DNA of 64,000 nucleotides from an uncultured delta proteobacterium (GCA_963778115.1 CAVZSV010000005.1:501863-565862); one strand, 5' to 3'. Positions 48,878 to 61,893 are shown, numbered from the stretch's first letter. Numbers and translations are program-made. Notes: generated by a model from the letters alone, not told the origin.

Positions 48878-49830
48878 GGAAGATCTCTGGCAAGAACTTT
48901 TAGGAAACTCGCAAATACCGCGGGTGTGGGTGCGATAATCTTAATCTCCTTTGCGGTTACCGGATGCTCGAAAGTAATGGCTTTTGCGTGAAGGAAGGGA
49001 AACTTTACCGAAGTCATGGCACTTTGGATCTCAGGATGAAGGTGCTCTATCTTTCGCATCCGCTTTCCGTAGAGGCTATCGCCCACAATCGTATGTCCCC
49101 CTTCCGATAAATGAACCCGGATCTGATGGGTGCGGCCCGTTTTAGGAAAAAGATGCACGTGCGAAAAGTGACTAAACTTGGAATAACATTCCCACCTGGT
49201 CTCAGCGACTTTGCCCTCAAGACTCTTCGAGCTCATTCGTTTACGATCGATGGGATGTCGACCAATGCAAGTGCGAAAACTTCCCGAAGGTTTCATTTTA
49301 CCCCACGCGATCGCTTCGTATTCCTTTTGAACGTGGCGCTCCTTAAACTGGAATGCGAGCTTTTCGAGGACCGAACGATTCTTGGCGATAACGATGCAGC
49401 CAGTTGTCCCGCGATCTAACCGATGCACAATCCCGGGTCTCACCAGTGAGCTTTCCGAAAAACCTGGGGATTGTTGCAAATAGTGAAGCAGATAATGGAC
49501 CAAAGTCTCTCCACGATGTCCGGCTGCCGGATGAACGACCCATCCTTGAGGCTTATTCAGTACTAAGAGAGACTCGTCCTCGAAAAGAATATCGAGTTTC
49601 TTTTCGATGGGCTCTAAAGACATCCTCTGTTCGGACTCAAATTTCGCTTTTACTTCGTCTCCGACTTTAATGGACTGGCTTGGCTTTTCGACTTTAGTGC
49701 CGTTGAGAAAAACATTTCCCTTTTCGATTTGATACTTAATGAACGCACGGCTCTGCCCTGTCTGGATCGATAGAAAAAGATCTAGGCGTTTGGCAGCGGT
49801 GGTTATCGTAACCGTGATTTCGTCGAGCAT
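48874..49830 (-). CDS. rluD: RluA/RluD-family 23S rRNA pseudouridine synthase
   Basis: S4 domain, NKPQG.VVHP, RPGIVHRLDRGT, TGRTHQIRVH. Confidence 0.92.
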   Translation of the reverse strand: MLDEITVTITTAAKRLDLFLSIQTGQSRAFIKYQIEKGNVFLNGTKVEKPSQSIKVGDEVKAKFESEQRMSLEPIEKKLDILFEDESLLVLNKPQGWVVHPAAGHRGETLVHYLLHYLQQSPGFSESSLVRPGIVHRLDRGTTGCIVIAKNRSVLEKLAFQFKERHVQKEYEAIAWGKMKPSGSFRTCIGRHPIDRKRMSSKSLEGKVAETRWECYSKFSHFSHVHLFPKTGRTHQIRVHLSEGGHTIVGDSLYGKRMRKIEHLHPEIQSAMTSVKFPFLHAKAITFEHPVTAKEIKIIAPTPAVFASFLKVLARDLP

Positions 49831-49843
49831 CAGGGGGCAGAGT

Positions 49844-50464
49844 CTAGGCTAACGGCTTTAACCTGTCTAGGTAGGCGGTATAGGTTTTAGCCGTTGCGAC
49901 GGGATCTAGCTTGTAAAGGGTGGCTAAATTCTTCACAAATCCTTGGATATAAACACGCGCGGGCATCTTTTCGACATTATCTTGTTCTAGAGCGACGATA
50001 AATTTGGAAGGGATCTTAGTGATTCGGGCCGTGTCCTCGAGCGATAGCCCTCGTCGTTCCCGAATTTCTCTTAGGGTAATTCCGGTAATTTCAGCTGGAG
50101 TCGGTGATAGATCGCTGGCGTTGGCCGCCGGAGCATGAAGGACAGCCTCTTCGCTAACTTCACTGGCGTCTATCGAAACGGAGACTGGCGTTGCATTGGT
50201 GAGGTCTGCGGATTCTCCCAACTGTTTATCGTAATCAAATCTCTTCTTTTGGTTCGTCAGCGTTACATAGGCCTCTTCCAGTTTTGCTAGCTCCGCTTGA
50301 GCCTCTTCCGCGCTAAAAAGGGAATAGGTTGCCACCGAGTCTTTCGAGAAAGCGTTTTTGGCGGCGTGGTAGGCCGATACAATTTGCGCCACTGAAGCTT
50401 TCTTATCAACCTTCAATACATCGTAAAACGTTTCTCCTCGCTTGCCTGTCATCATGCTCATCAC
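49844..50464 (-). CDS. J-domain-like plus RodZ-type HTH protein
   Basis: FYDVLKV...EAY.TL....R..YD (no HPD) and G.TLR..RE.RGLSL...P.RVY..GF. Confidence 0.75.
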   Translation of the reverse strand: MMSMMTGKRGETFYDVLKVDKKASVAQIVSAYHAAKNAFSKDSVATYSLFSAEEAQAELAKLEEAYVTLTNQKKRFDYDKQLGESADLTNATPVSVSIDASEVSEEAVLHAPAANASDLSPTPAEITGITLREIRERRGLSLEDTARITKIPSKFIVALEQDNVEKMPARVYIQGFVKNLATLYKLDPVATAKTYTAYLDRLKPLA

Positions 50465-51621
50465 CGGACTCCTCCCGCAGAGGGCGTTGAAGATGCCGCC
50501 CTAGGACTGTCTACCGGAACCGATGTTCTAAGGAGATTACGCAATATATTCTCCAAGTGAGTAACTGCGGTGCTGTTGGGGGCATCGATCAGAAAAGGAA
50601 CACGACGGCGAATTGACTGCCAAACGGCGTTGTCATAGGGCATGTAGCCCAAATAGTCGACAGCCATACCGAAATATCTTTCACAAACCATTTGGACGGA
50701 TTTTCCAATATCCGACTCTGATTTTACGCGAACCTGATTTACGATAAGAGAGATCTTAAATTGTTCCATCTTTCTTTGAAGTTCGATCCCATCCGCCGGA
50801 GAGAGGCGGGTGACCTCCGTCAGTAAATCTTTCGGGCTTCTAATGCCCCTGCTGTTCTTGGCATCCATCGCCTGCTCGATAAGCTGCCTGACATAAGGAG
50901 AAGGACTTGAGGCTCTTAGCATTCGATAAAAAGCTGACTTTACGAACCGATATGCATTTTCAACACTGGTGGGTTCAGGCGTCACCACGACAATCTTGTA
51001 ATCGGCTAGCAGGAAAAAATCGAGCGTATTGGTGGCGGTTCCCGCCCCTAAATCGAGCAAAATAAAATCAGCATCGATCTCTCGAAATTTTCGAATAAGA
51101 CGTGCTTTTTGCATATGGCGCATATTGGCCATGCCTACCGGATCTTGGGCTCCGCTGATTAATTGAAGATTGCGAATGGGCGTGGGCTGAATGAGCTTCG
51201 ACATGTCGTCTACCCTACCCAAAACGAAATCGCCTAACGTCTTGGTGGGTGCATCGACTCCCAAAGCAGTATGGAGGTTCGCTCCTCCTAGGTCCATATC
51301 CACCACGACGACGCGTTTATTTAACCAGCTTAGGTAGACCGCCATGTTGGAAGTCAGAAGTGTTTTTCCTATTCCCCCTTTGCCTCCCCCCACGGCCCAA
51401 ATCGTCTTTTGAGAATTAACCCCTTGAGCAAGTACCCGCGAGGGAATATTAACGCGAACGTCGGAAGACGACTCTACTTGCGGGAATTTGACTCTCAAAA
51501 TCGCCACTGATTTACCTAGGGGTTGTCGGGGAAAAGGAAAGAATGGAACAGGAGTATACTTCTTTATTATGCGGCATCTCCCAATGATTATCAACACCTG
51601 GCAAAGGATTGATTGCTGCAA
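50461..51621 (-). CDS. MinD/FlhG-like P-loop ATPase (true start probably downstream)
   Basis: GGGKGGIGKT, DMDLGGANLH, LDLGAG, TPEPTS.ENAY. Confidence 0.88.
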   Translation of the reverse strand: MQQSILCQVLIIIGRCRIIKKYTPVPFFPFPRQPLGKSVAILRVKFPQVESSSDVRVNIPSRVLAQGVNSQKTIWAVGGGKGGIGKTLLTSNMAVYLSWLNKRVVVVDMDLGGANLHTALGVDAPTKTLGDFVLGRVDDMSKLIQPTPIRNLQLISGAQDPVGMANMRHMQKARLIRKFREIDADFILLDLGAGTATNTLDFFLLADYKIVVVTPEPTSVENAYRFVKSAFYRMLRASSPSPYVRQLIEQAMDAKNSRGIRSPKDLLTEVTRLSPADGIELQRKMEQFKISLIVNQVRVKSESDIGKSVQMVCERYFGMAVDYLGYMPYDNAVWQSIRRRVPFLIDAPNSTAVTHLENILRNLLRTSVPVDSPRAASSTPSAGGVR

Positions 51622-51711
51622 TGCGCTACTCGTTATTACTGTCGCTTCATTAGGGTTCCTCTCGTGGACATAGCCCCCTGGTCGTGTTAGTAGTCCCTGC
51701 TGGCTTTTCCT

Positions 51712-53898
51712 ATGGGTGTTGAAACCGTAAGCTTAATCATCGCTTCTTTCGTCAGCGGATCGCTGGGAATAGCATCTTTGATGCGTAATTTCCGCAGTCG
51801 GCTCTGTGTCTCCTTTGCGATGATGTGCGTTTTTTTCTTCGCTCACGACACCCTAAGTGTCATCGAAAGTTTCGATCCGGTGGTGAGCTTCACCAGTCCT
51901 CGGTTGCACTCCTTAATGGCGCTGCTCATGGGGCCCGCAGCCTTGGTGTTCTTGGAAGAGCTCGTTCCCCAATACTATAAGCGCATCCGAAGTGTTTTAT
52001 GGCTCTATGTTCCGCTCATCATTCTGTTCCTCGTGGTGATGGATATTTTTCCGTTTGATCGCATAGCCCCCTGGCTCTCGGTTTTGGCCCACGCCATCGC
52101 AGTCCTTCCCGCCTTTGTCTGGATGGCGTCACTTGCCTTCGCCGAGATGGAAACCCCACTGACGCGCGAACGGTTACGTCTGAAATATGCCTTTTGGGGC
52201 GGGGCGATAACGATCCTGTTTTTTCTGACCGACGCTCTTAGATTCGCCGGCGTTCCCATCGCCCCTTTGGGAACCATCGCGCGTTCTCTTTACCTAATGT
52301 ATCTGTTCCAGACCTTTATCCAAAAAGAGCTTATGACCTCCGACGAAGTGGTGGGCAAGATAGCTTTGTTCGGAGGGGTAGCCCTTATTCTCTCCACCAT
52401 CTATGCACTACTTGTGAGTTGGGTAGGAAACCGACCGGGACTTTTCTTCTTCAATACGCTAATCGCTTCCTTTGTGATTTTGGTCCTTTTTGATCCCATT
52501 CGGAACCTGACCTCGCGCTTCACTCGAAAGGTCTTTTTGCGACGAAACCAAATGGTCGCCGACGAATTAAACTCCCTCTCCAATGAATTGATGGGAACCT
52601 TGGAAGAACCTATTGAACTATCCAAGAGAATTTCGACGGCGTTGAAGCGCTGCCTCGGAGTGGAGAACTGTTCGCTGTACATTCTAGACCGCGACAACCT
52701 AAGTTATGTCCGGGTGGCTAGCCCTTCAGACGTAAGACAGCCCGCCGAACTTGCCGCTTCAAACCCGCTTATCGAATACATGACGCTTCGTCGAGGCCGT
52801 CCTTTCGTATTTGAGACGATCGAAAATGACAGAGATTCGTTCTACAGTCTTCAGCCCCAGAGATTTTGTCAGACATGTTTAGACACCATGCGCACCATTG
52901 GAGCCGATTTCGTCATCCCCTTTCTCCACGAATCAAGATTAGTCGGCTTCTGCACGGCAACAACGGGAGAGAGGATCTTACTCAGTAATGAACGTTTGAG
53001 ACTCTTTATCCCAGTCTCACGTCAAATCGCACTTTTGCTTAGAAACGCACAAGCGCTAACCACTTTGCGCGACAGAGATAAGTTAGCCGCGGTCGGCGAA
53101 ATGGCGGCGGGTCTCGCTCACGAGATTAAGAATCCTTTGGGCGCTATAAAGGGGGCGGCGCAACTCCTCAAGGAGAATCTAAACACCAACGGAAACTCCA
53201 AAGACTTCTTAGATATTGTCCTTGCCGAAACCGATAGACTTTCTAGTGTAGTGACCGAATTCTTGGATTACGCCAAGCCGCGCAGAAATTATCCCCAGAC
53301 CAGCTGCAACCCCTTACGAGTGATCGAACATACGGCTGCCCTTGTTCTTAGAGATTCGAAGGTAAAAATAGATATCCAATCTGAAAAGGAAGGAATCACC
53401 TTAGAAGCAGATCCTGAGATTCTAAAGCAGGTATTACTCAATCTTCTACTCAACGCCATTCAAGCCACCGAAGGATTCACGGATAATCCGATACTAAACG
53501 TCATCGTTAGGGAGGTCCGGCCTCGCCGCGGAGTTTTAGGGGATTCCATTCCCATCCACAAAGTCTGGGAAGGATGGGATATCAAAAAACTCGCACCCCC
53601 TCATCCTTTTGTCGAAATCGAAGTCCGCGACAACGGATCGGGCATTTGTGCCGATGACAGATCGCGTATCTTTGTTCCTTTCTTCACCACAAAACCTAAA
53701 GGGACTGGCTTGGGGCTAGCCATCTGTAGCCGTCTTGTGGAGAGCATGGGAGGCTCTATCAGTTTTCGTCCGAACCACCCCCAAGGGACCATCTTTACCA
53801 TCCATCTTCCCATTCGCCCGGACGGAAGAGAAAACAAGGATAGAAGAGAGCTCGAACTTAACGGGAAACGATGGAAAGCTGAGGATTTGACGGCATGA
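51712..53898 (+). CDS. Multi-TM GAF sensor histidine kinase
   Basis: About 8 TMs, GAF, GEMAAGLAHEIKNPL, PFFTTKPKGTGLGL. Confidence 0.92.
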   Translation: MGVETVSLIIASFVSGSLGIASLMRNFRSRLCVSFAMMCVFFFAHDTLSVIESFDPVVSFTSPRLHSLMALLMGPAALVFLEELVPQYYKRIRSVLWLYVPLIILFLVVMDIFPFDRIAPWLSVLAHAIAVLPAFVWMASLAFAEMETPLTRERLRLKYAFWGGAITILFFLTDALRFAGVPIAPLGTIARSLYLMYLFQTFIQKELMTSDEVVGKIALFGGVALILSTIYALLVSWVGNRPGLFFFNTLIASFVILVLFDPIRNLTSRFTRKVFLRRNQMVADELNSLSNELMGTLEEPIELSKRISTALKRCLGVENCSLYILDRDNLSYVRVASPSDVRQPAELAASNPLIEYMTLRRGRPFVFETIENDRDSFYSLQPQRFCQTCLDTMRTIGADFVIPFLHESRLVGFCTATTGERILLSNERLRLFIPVSRQIALLLRNAQALTTLRDRDKLAAVGEMAAGLAHEIKNPLGAIKGAAQLLKENLNTNGNSKDFLDIVLAETDRLSSVVTEFLDYAKPRRNYPQTSCNPLRVIEHTAALVLRDSKVKIDIQSEKEGITLEADPEILKQVLLNLLLNAIQATEGFTDNPILNVIVREVRPRRGVLGDSIPIHKVWEGWDIKKLAPPHPFVEIEVRDNGSGICADDRSRIFVPFFTTKPKGTGLGLAICSRLVESMGGSISFRPNHPQGTIFTIHLPIRPDGRENKDRRELELNGKRWKAEDLTA

Positions 53899-55268
53899 AA
53901 ATAGGTCCCATTCTTATTGTCGATGACGAGGAGAACATTCGAAAGATCCTAAGTGCCATGCTAGTGGCAGAAGGATACGATGTATTGATTGCAAAAAAAA
54001 TCGCTGAAGCGAAGGAATGGCTGCGAAGCCATTCCGTGAAAGTGGTACTCACCGATCTAAAACTAGAGCGCGAAGACGGACTCACCCTTCTTAAATGGAT
54101 TCGTGACGAAAAGCTTCCCTCTCCCGTTATCATTTTAACCGCCCATGGAACCGTAGACTCTGCGGTGGACGCCATGAAACAAGGGGCTTTCGATTATTTG
54201 AGTAAGCCCTTTGAACGAAGCGAATTGGTACGAACAATCAAGAAGGCTTTACTGACGTACGAAGTGCAGTCCGCTCATTTTCTTCAGACGATTGGAACTC
54301 CGGCGGTTAGCATTCCTACCATTGGCCAAAATGAAAAGATGCTAAAGATCTACCAGCTCGTGGACAAAGTAGCGGCGACAGATACTACGGTTTTGATTAC
54401 CGGCGAGAGTGGAACGGGAAAAGAGCTTATCGCCCAAGCGATTCACGAGCGAAGCACTCGAATGAACGGCCCTTTGATCAAGATCAATTGTGCTGCCATT
54501 CCAGAGACTCTAATGGAAAGTGAAATGTTCGGTTACGAAAAAGGGGCTTTCACAGGAGCTGTCACCTCAAAACCGGGCCGATTTGAACTTTCCGATGGAG
54601 GAACGCTTTTTCTAGACGAGATAGGCGAAATGAGTACTGAGATGCAAGTGAAGTTACTGCGCGTACTTCAGGACAAAAGCTTTGAGAGGGTCGGAGGGCT
54701 AAGAACCATTACCGTTGATGTGAGGCTAGTGGCAGCGACCAATCAGGACCTCGAAGCCGCGGTCAAAGCCGGATCCTTCCGAGCGGATCTCTATTATCGT
54801 TTAAATGTAGTTCCCATTGTGCTACCTCCGTTACGCGCGCGTTTAGATGATATTCCAAGACTCATCGCTTACTTCACCAAAAAGTTTAGTGAACGGCTCA
54901 AGAAAGCCACCCCCGTTTTGAACCCCGAGACCTTAGAGCTTCTGATTCAATTTCCTTGGCCCGGCAATGTCCGCCAGCTCGAAAATGTAATGGAACGACT
55001 GATTGTCATGAGCGACGGTGGGCCTATTTTACCCGAGCATCTTCCGGAGGAGATTATCGACTACGAAGAGCAGCGCTTTTTGGAAGATCAAAGTAATTCG
55101 GGCTCTCTTAAAGATCTCGTTAAGGATGCAACGAGAAGAATCGAAAGAAAGGCCATCGAAGAGGCCCTTACGGAAACGGCAAACAACGTGACTCAAGCCG
55201 CACGCCGCCTTAATATTAGCCGAAAGGGCCTTCAGCTTAAGATGAAGGAGCTAGGCCTTCGCCAGTAA
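53895..55268 (+). CDS. Sigma54-dependent NtrC-family response regulator
   Basis: [32 protein letters not shown] overlap with the kinase. Confidence 0.94.
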   Translation: MKIGPILIVDDEENIRKILSAMLVAEGYDVLIAKKIAEAKEWLRSHSVKVVLTDLKLEREDGLTLLKWIRDEKLPSPVIILTAHGTVDSAVDAMKQGAFDYLSKPFERSELVRTIKKALLTYEVQSAHFLQTIGTPAVSIPTIGQNEKMLKIYQLVDKVAATDTTVLITGESGTGKELIAQAIHERSTRMNGPLIKINCAAIPETLMESEMFGYEKGAFTGAVTSKPGRFELSDGGTLFLDEIGEMSTEMQVKLLRVLQDKSFERVGGLRTITVDVRLVAATNQDLEAAVKAGSFRADLYYRLNVVPIVLPPLRARLDDIPRLIAYFTKKFSERLKKATPVLNPETLELLIQFPWPGNVRQLENVMERLIVMSDGGPILPEHLPEEIIDYEEQRFLEDQSNSGSLKDLVKDATRRIERKAIEEALTETANNVTQAARRLNISRKGLQLKMKELGLRQ

Positions 55269-55281
55269 GTTAGGATTAATT

Positions 55282-55297
55282 TTAAGATTAATCTTAA
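55282..55297. repeat. 16-bp perfect palindrome, copy 1
   Basis: TTAAGATTAATCTTAA. Confidence 0.8.
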
Positions 55298-55303
55298 TTT
55301 TGC

Positions 55304-55394
55304 GGGAGTGAAAAGGCCCCTGGTGGGCCTCCCGGGCTTCAACCCCGGCGGTGCGTGCTTGCATGCATGGTGGGTTCGATTCCCACTCCTCCCG
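55304..55394 (+). tRNA. selC: tRNA-Sec (anticodon UCA)
   Basis: 6-bp D stem AGGCCC/GGGCCT, anticodon stem CCGGG/CCCGG with loop CTTCAAC, long variable arm, T arm GTGGG-TTCGATT-CCCAC, G discriminator; CCA not encoded. Confidence 0.92.
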
Positions 55395-55415
55395 ATTTTT
55401 TCCGAAGGAAAAAAT
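55395..55415 (+). terminator. Hairpin directly after selC
   Basis: ATTTTTTCC-GAA-GGAAAAAAT. Confidence 0.45.
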
Positions 55416-55430
55416 GCTTAATTATCAATC

Positions 55431-55446
55431 TTAAGATTAATCTTAA
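55431..55446. repeat. 16-bp perfect palindrome, copy 2
   Basis: TTAAGATTAATCTTAA. Confidence 0.8.
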
Positions 55447-55521
55447 CCTTCTAAGGAGAGAGGCACCTTAGAGAAAAGTGCCACTTTTCGTCACCCTTCC
55501 CCCGCAGCCCAATCACGCTTA

Positions 55522-56301
55522 TTGACGCAAGTGGTCAATTCCTTTAGAATTGCCTCTTTCGTGAAACGTGTATTTTTCATTCTAAGCTTACTCCTTTTAT
55601 CTTTGGTACCAGATCACGCCCACGCCGTTTGGATCTCTCCCAAACTAATTTTCTCGTTACGACCGGGACTTCCTTACTTTTGGCAGGAGCCGCTTCGTAA
55701 AGATCCCGATAACGATCCGTTGCCCGAAGGAATCAGTATCGTGCCTGGCCGAGTAGGTTTGCGGTTCGATGAATTTCAACCATGGGGTTCGCTTACCGCT
55801 AGTCATGAATTTCGTCTCTACGCTCCTTACGATCCTCAAGACTTCGATCCCGACTGGATTGGAAGTGCGCAAAGTATTTTCCGAGTCGCAACCGATAGCG
55901 GTGCTCCCGTTCAATTTAGCCTTCGCCATACCCTCACCCTTAATAGGTATCGCATGGGCGGCTACCTCTCTCCTTGGGGAACCTTAAAGGCCAGCCGAAC
56001 TTTCGATCAAAGGCTACGTTTCGCCATGGACGTTAAGTTTTCAAAACATCTGGATCTCTTTCTTCCCTTCTTCGTCAGACAAGCCCGATACGGGAAGTTT
56101 CTTCCCAACGCGCGCTTCAATGACAGCTGGCGCTACGCCGCCTGGGCAGCCCCGGAGCTCACCTACACTTTTCGCGACGAGACTTTTCTCTCGGTGAGCT
56201 ACGAAACGGATACTTTTGTTAGCGGAGATCTCAAGACGACTTATTTTGCCGACGCGCTCGCTTCGGGAAGCGTCATGCTTTGGTTTGGAATGCCTCTTTA
56301 G
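55522..56301 (+). CDS. Exported hypothetical protein, beta-strand rich (start possibly GTG 55561)
   Basis: Signal peptide ..AHA, aromatic amphipathic strands. Confidence 0.55.
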   Translation: MTQVVNSFRIASFVKRVFFILSLLLLSLVPDHAHAVWISPKLIFSLRPGLPYFWQEPLRKDPDNDPLPEGISIVPGRVGLRFDEFQPWGSLTASHEFRLYAPYDPQDFDPDWIGSAQSIFRVATDSGAPVQFSLRHTLTLNRYRMGGYLSPWGTLKASRTFDQRLRFAMDVKFSKHLDLFLPFFVRQARYGKFLPNARFNDSWRYAAWAAPELTYTFRDETFLSVSYETDTFVSGDLKTTYFADALASGSVMLWFGMPL

Positions 56302-56566
56302 CAGGCGCTGTGAGACGCTCTAATGCGGAAATATTAATCAAAGCCTCTTCTTTATCTCGACCGCAAATCCAAAGCTGTGGCTGAAACCGCTGGCACACCT
56401 TGGGATAGTCAGTGGTCCCCCAGAGCCGACAACGATCGTCGTCAGTCAAATGCAAACAGCGAACTCCAGCCGGTTTCCCGTTGGGAAGACCTGGAAGAGG
56501 ACTTGAGATGGAAGGGGCGATACAGCAAGCGCCACAACCCACTCTGCATTCGATAACAGTTCCCAT
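56273..56566 (-). CDS. YkgJ-family cysteine-cluster protein
   Basis: CRVGCGACCIAPSISSPLPGLPNGKPAGVRC...P.VC..F. Confidence 0.88.
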   Translation of the reverse strand: MGTVIECRVGCGACCIAPSISSPLPGLPNGKPAGVRCLHLTDDDRCRLWGTTDYPKVCQRFQPQLWICGRDKEEALINISALERLTAPAKEAFQTKA

Positions 56567-57397
56567 TAGAAAATAGCCATCTTCAAACAAAACACACTGC
56601 CACCGGACTTCATGAACTCTCCCGTGTCGACTTCGCGAACTTCAAAATTCCTTAGCTTCAATTCACTCACCGTTTTTTGCGCGCCTGCCTGCAAAACCAC
56701 GGCGGTGCCGTTAACGCCGGTCGCATTACATGCCATGTTTTCTCTGGCTTCTTTTTCAGAAACAGTAATCACATCGGAGAAAAGATGTTGGATCAAGTTT
56801 AGTCCCTCGTTATCAAAAGCCTCCGGATAGATTAAAACCGTATTTTCACTAAGAGCGGCAAAGCAAGTATCTAAATGGTAAAAACTGGGATTCACGAGAT
56901 TTAACTCAATGATCGGGACTTCAAAGAGAGAGGCCATTTCAGAATAGACTTTGCCATCGGTCCTTGGACCGACTCCCCCCCAAATCAAACCTCGACCGGG
57001 GTGCCAGTAAGATGTCACCCCCTCCTTCGAACACCACTTCCCGGGATGCCATTTTTTTGATCTCATACCCGTTTCGAGAAAACCAGGACTCAAACCAGGG
57101 GACCTCTTTTCGGCGCGAGGGAAACCTCATATGGCTAGGAACACAAACCCGCTTCTGTTGGGAAAGCCCTATAAAAGTTTGGTTAGCACAAAACACCATG
57201 TCTTCCAGGCCCGGCTGAGCATCGATAGTCTCGACCTTAATTCCCAATTCAGTGAAGGTCTCGGCTAGTTTTTCCCATTGAGTTCTTGCTAGCCCCGCGT
57301 CAACATTCCCCTGGTTCCCCTCCATGAACTCATTTTTTACATCCACCACCTGAAAATGATCGGGGGGGCACATCAAGAAGATCTTTGGATAAGGCAT
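56566..57397 (-). pseudogene. Amidinotransferase / dimethylarginine dimethylaminohydrolase family gene, one frameshift at ~57007
   Basis: LMCPP, DMVFCAN and FEGGGD in one frame; YHLDTCF and EFMKSGGSVFC in another. Removing one base gives GDILWHPGR. Confidence 0.8.
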
Positions 57398-57474
57398 AGA
57401 CGGCCGCGCCTTCATTCCCACGCTTCGTGGTCGGGCCAATCGTCAGCCCGGGATGATGGGGGGAGGCCGGAGGC

Positions 57475-59433
57475 CTACGAGGTGGCGCCGGCGTCGTGCT
57501 CGGCCAGGTCGGACTGGCGGACCCAGGTGGCGTACATCTCGGCGTAGCGGCCGCCCGGCGCCACCAGCTCGTCGTGGGTGCCCGACCTCGATGATCCGAC
57601 CCTCGTCGACCACGGCGATGCGGTCGGCCCGCATGGCGGTGGACAGCCGGTGGGCGATCAGGATGGCCGTGCGGTTCTCGAGCAGGACGTCGAGGGCCGC
57701 CTCGATCTTGGTCTCCGACTGGAGGTCGAGGTTGGAGGTGGCCTCGTCGAGCACCAGCACCCGGGGATGGGCCAGGAAGGCCCGGGCCAGGGCGATGAGC
57801 TGGCGCTCACCCGAGGACAGGGTCTGGCCCCGCTCGTGGACGACGGTGTCGAGCCCGTCGGGCATCCGGTCGATGACGTCGGTGAGGCCGACCCGGTCGA
57901 CCGCCTCGTGGATCTCGTCGTCGGTGGCCTCGGGCCGGGCGAAGGCGATGTTGTCGCCGATGGTCCCGGCGAACAGGAACGGCTCCTGGGGCACCACGCC
58001 GAGCTGGCTGCGCAGCGAGCGCATGGTGACGTCGCGCAGGTCGTGGCCGTCGATGAGGACCCGCCCCTCGGTCGGGTCGTAGAAGCGGGTGACCAGCTTG
58101 GCCATGGTCGACTTGCCGGCCCCGGTCGGCCCGACGAAGGCCACCGTCTCGCCCGGGGCGACGGTCAGGTCGACGTCCTCGATGACCAGGCCGGCCGGGG
58201 ACGTAGCCGAACGACACGTGGTCGAAGGCGATGGCCCCCTCGATGGGCGGGAGCGTCGACGGCGTCGACGGCCTCGGGCACCTCGGGCTCGGTGTCGAAC
58301 AGGGTGCGCAGCTTGTTCACCGAGGCCTGGCCCTGCTGGTAGGTGTTGTACTGCTGGACCAGGAGCTGGATGGGCTGGAAGAACCGGTTCAGGTACAGGA
58401 AGAAGGCGACCAGGGCACCGAGGGTGAGGTTGTGGTGGGCCACCATGGTGCCGCCGATGGCCAGCATGACGGCCTGGCCGAGGACGCCCAGCATCTGGGT
58501 GCCCGGTCCGTAGATGGCGTTGACGTGGGCCGTGTAGTTGTTGGCGTCCCGGTAGTCGCCGACCACGTTGCGGTGGTGGATCACGTTGTGGCGCTGGCGG
58601 TTGTGGGCGGTCACGATGCGGACGCCGTGGAGGCTCTCGGACAGGTCGGCCAGCACGTTGGCGATCCCGTCGCGGACCCCGTCGTAGCCGCGCTCGGAGG
58701 CCCGCTTGAACCAGATCGAGGCGCCGACCAGCGCCGGGACGATCAGCACCACGGTGATGAAGGCCAGCAGCACGTTGGTGGCGAACAGGATGACGGTGAT
58801 GACCACCATGGTCAGCGCCTGGATGGCCAGCTGGGAGAGGCCGTCCTGCAGGAGCTGCTGGAGGTTCTCGATGTCGCTGGTCATGCGGCTCATGACCACG
58901 CCGGCCTTCTCCTCGGTGAAGAAGCCGAGCGAGAGGCGCTGGAGGTGGGCGAAGACCTTGACCCGGAGGTCGTTCATGACCCAGGCGGCCAGCCGGCCGG
59001 TCACCTGCACCTGGAACCGCTGGGCCAGCGCGGTGATGACGACGAACACCAGGTAGGCGATGGCCATGGCCACGACGACGCCGAAGTCGAGGTGGCCCGG
59101 GGTCCGCCCATGCCGTTGTTGATGGCGTACTCGGTGAGCTTCGGGCCGACCTGGGCGGCCACGGAGATGACCACCACCAGGAGCCCGGCCAGGACCAGCA
59201 TGCCCGGGTACTTGGTGAGGAGGCTCCACAGGGTGAGGCGCTTGAGCTCGGCCTCGTAGCCGTTCTGGTCGAAGCACGATGTCCGGCTCGGCGTACTCGG
59301 GCTCGGTGGCCACCAGCCGGTCGACCCCGTCCTGCAGCTCGGAGGGGATGCCGGCGAAGGGCAGCCCGGGCGCCGAGGCCGCCGCCCACCGGGGCCGCCC
59401 GAAGCCGCCGCCACCGCCAGCCTCCGCCGCACG

Positions 59434-59437
<4 letters not shown>
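57475..59437 (-). pseudogene. ABC exporter (TMD+NBD) subunit 2, frameshifted
   Basis: TMD in ORF 58165..59313; GPTGAGKST, LSSGERQ and LDEATS in another frame; stop TAG at 57475. Confidence 0.8.
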
Positions 59438-61395
<1,958 letters not shown>

Positions 61396-61399
<4 letters not shown>

Positions 61400-61880
61400 C
61401 GGCGCCCCACCGGGCCCTGCGGTAGGCGACGAACGCCCGCCGCCACACCGCCAGGCCGTCGAAGGCCTCTTCGGTGTCGACCGGGTCGCCCAGGCCGTCG
61501 GTGATGTCGCTGAGGCGGCGCGTCGATGGCCGCGTCGGCCGCGTCCAGCACCCGGTGGCCTTCGGCGGTCAGGACGTGGTCGACCCGGCGGCGGTCGCCC
61601 TCGACCGTGCGCCGCTCCACCAGGCCCTTGGCCACCAGGCCGTCCACCACGGCGGTGACCGTGGGCGGTCGGACGGCCAGGCGCTCGGCCAGGTCGGAGG
61701 AGACGGCCGGACTCTCGTCGAGCAGGCCGAGGATCCGGTACTGGGGGAGGGACAGGTCGACGGTGGCGAGCCCGATCTCCACCTGCTTGGCCAGCCAGGC
61801 CGCCGATGCGTCCCAGCGTGCGCCGGTCCCGGGCGGCCGGCGCGGGCCGTTCGGAGGCGTAGTTGACTTCGAAGAGTCAC
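61396..61880 (-). pseudogene. MarR-family transcriptional regulator, frameshifted
   Basis: LSLPQYRIL...LAERL...TVT.VVDGLV.KGLVER...DRR...LT.EG. Confidence 0.78.
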
Positions 61881-61893
61881 ATAGTTAGACTAT
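61881..61893. promoter_or_regulatory. Putative MarR operator palindrome
   Basis: ATAGT-TAG-ACTAT, AT-rich island immediately before the marR start. Confidence 0.4.

Noticed and set aside
56990..57030. Programmed frameshift in the amidinotransferase gene
   Set aside because: No convincing slippery site at the break; a single-base error near a suspect junction is simpler.
55304..57400. Integrative element at selC
   Set aside because: No integrase and no duplicated tRNA 3' end were found; composition is unchanged until 57400.
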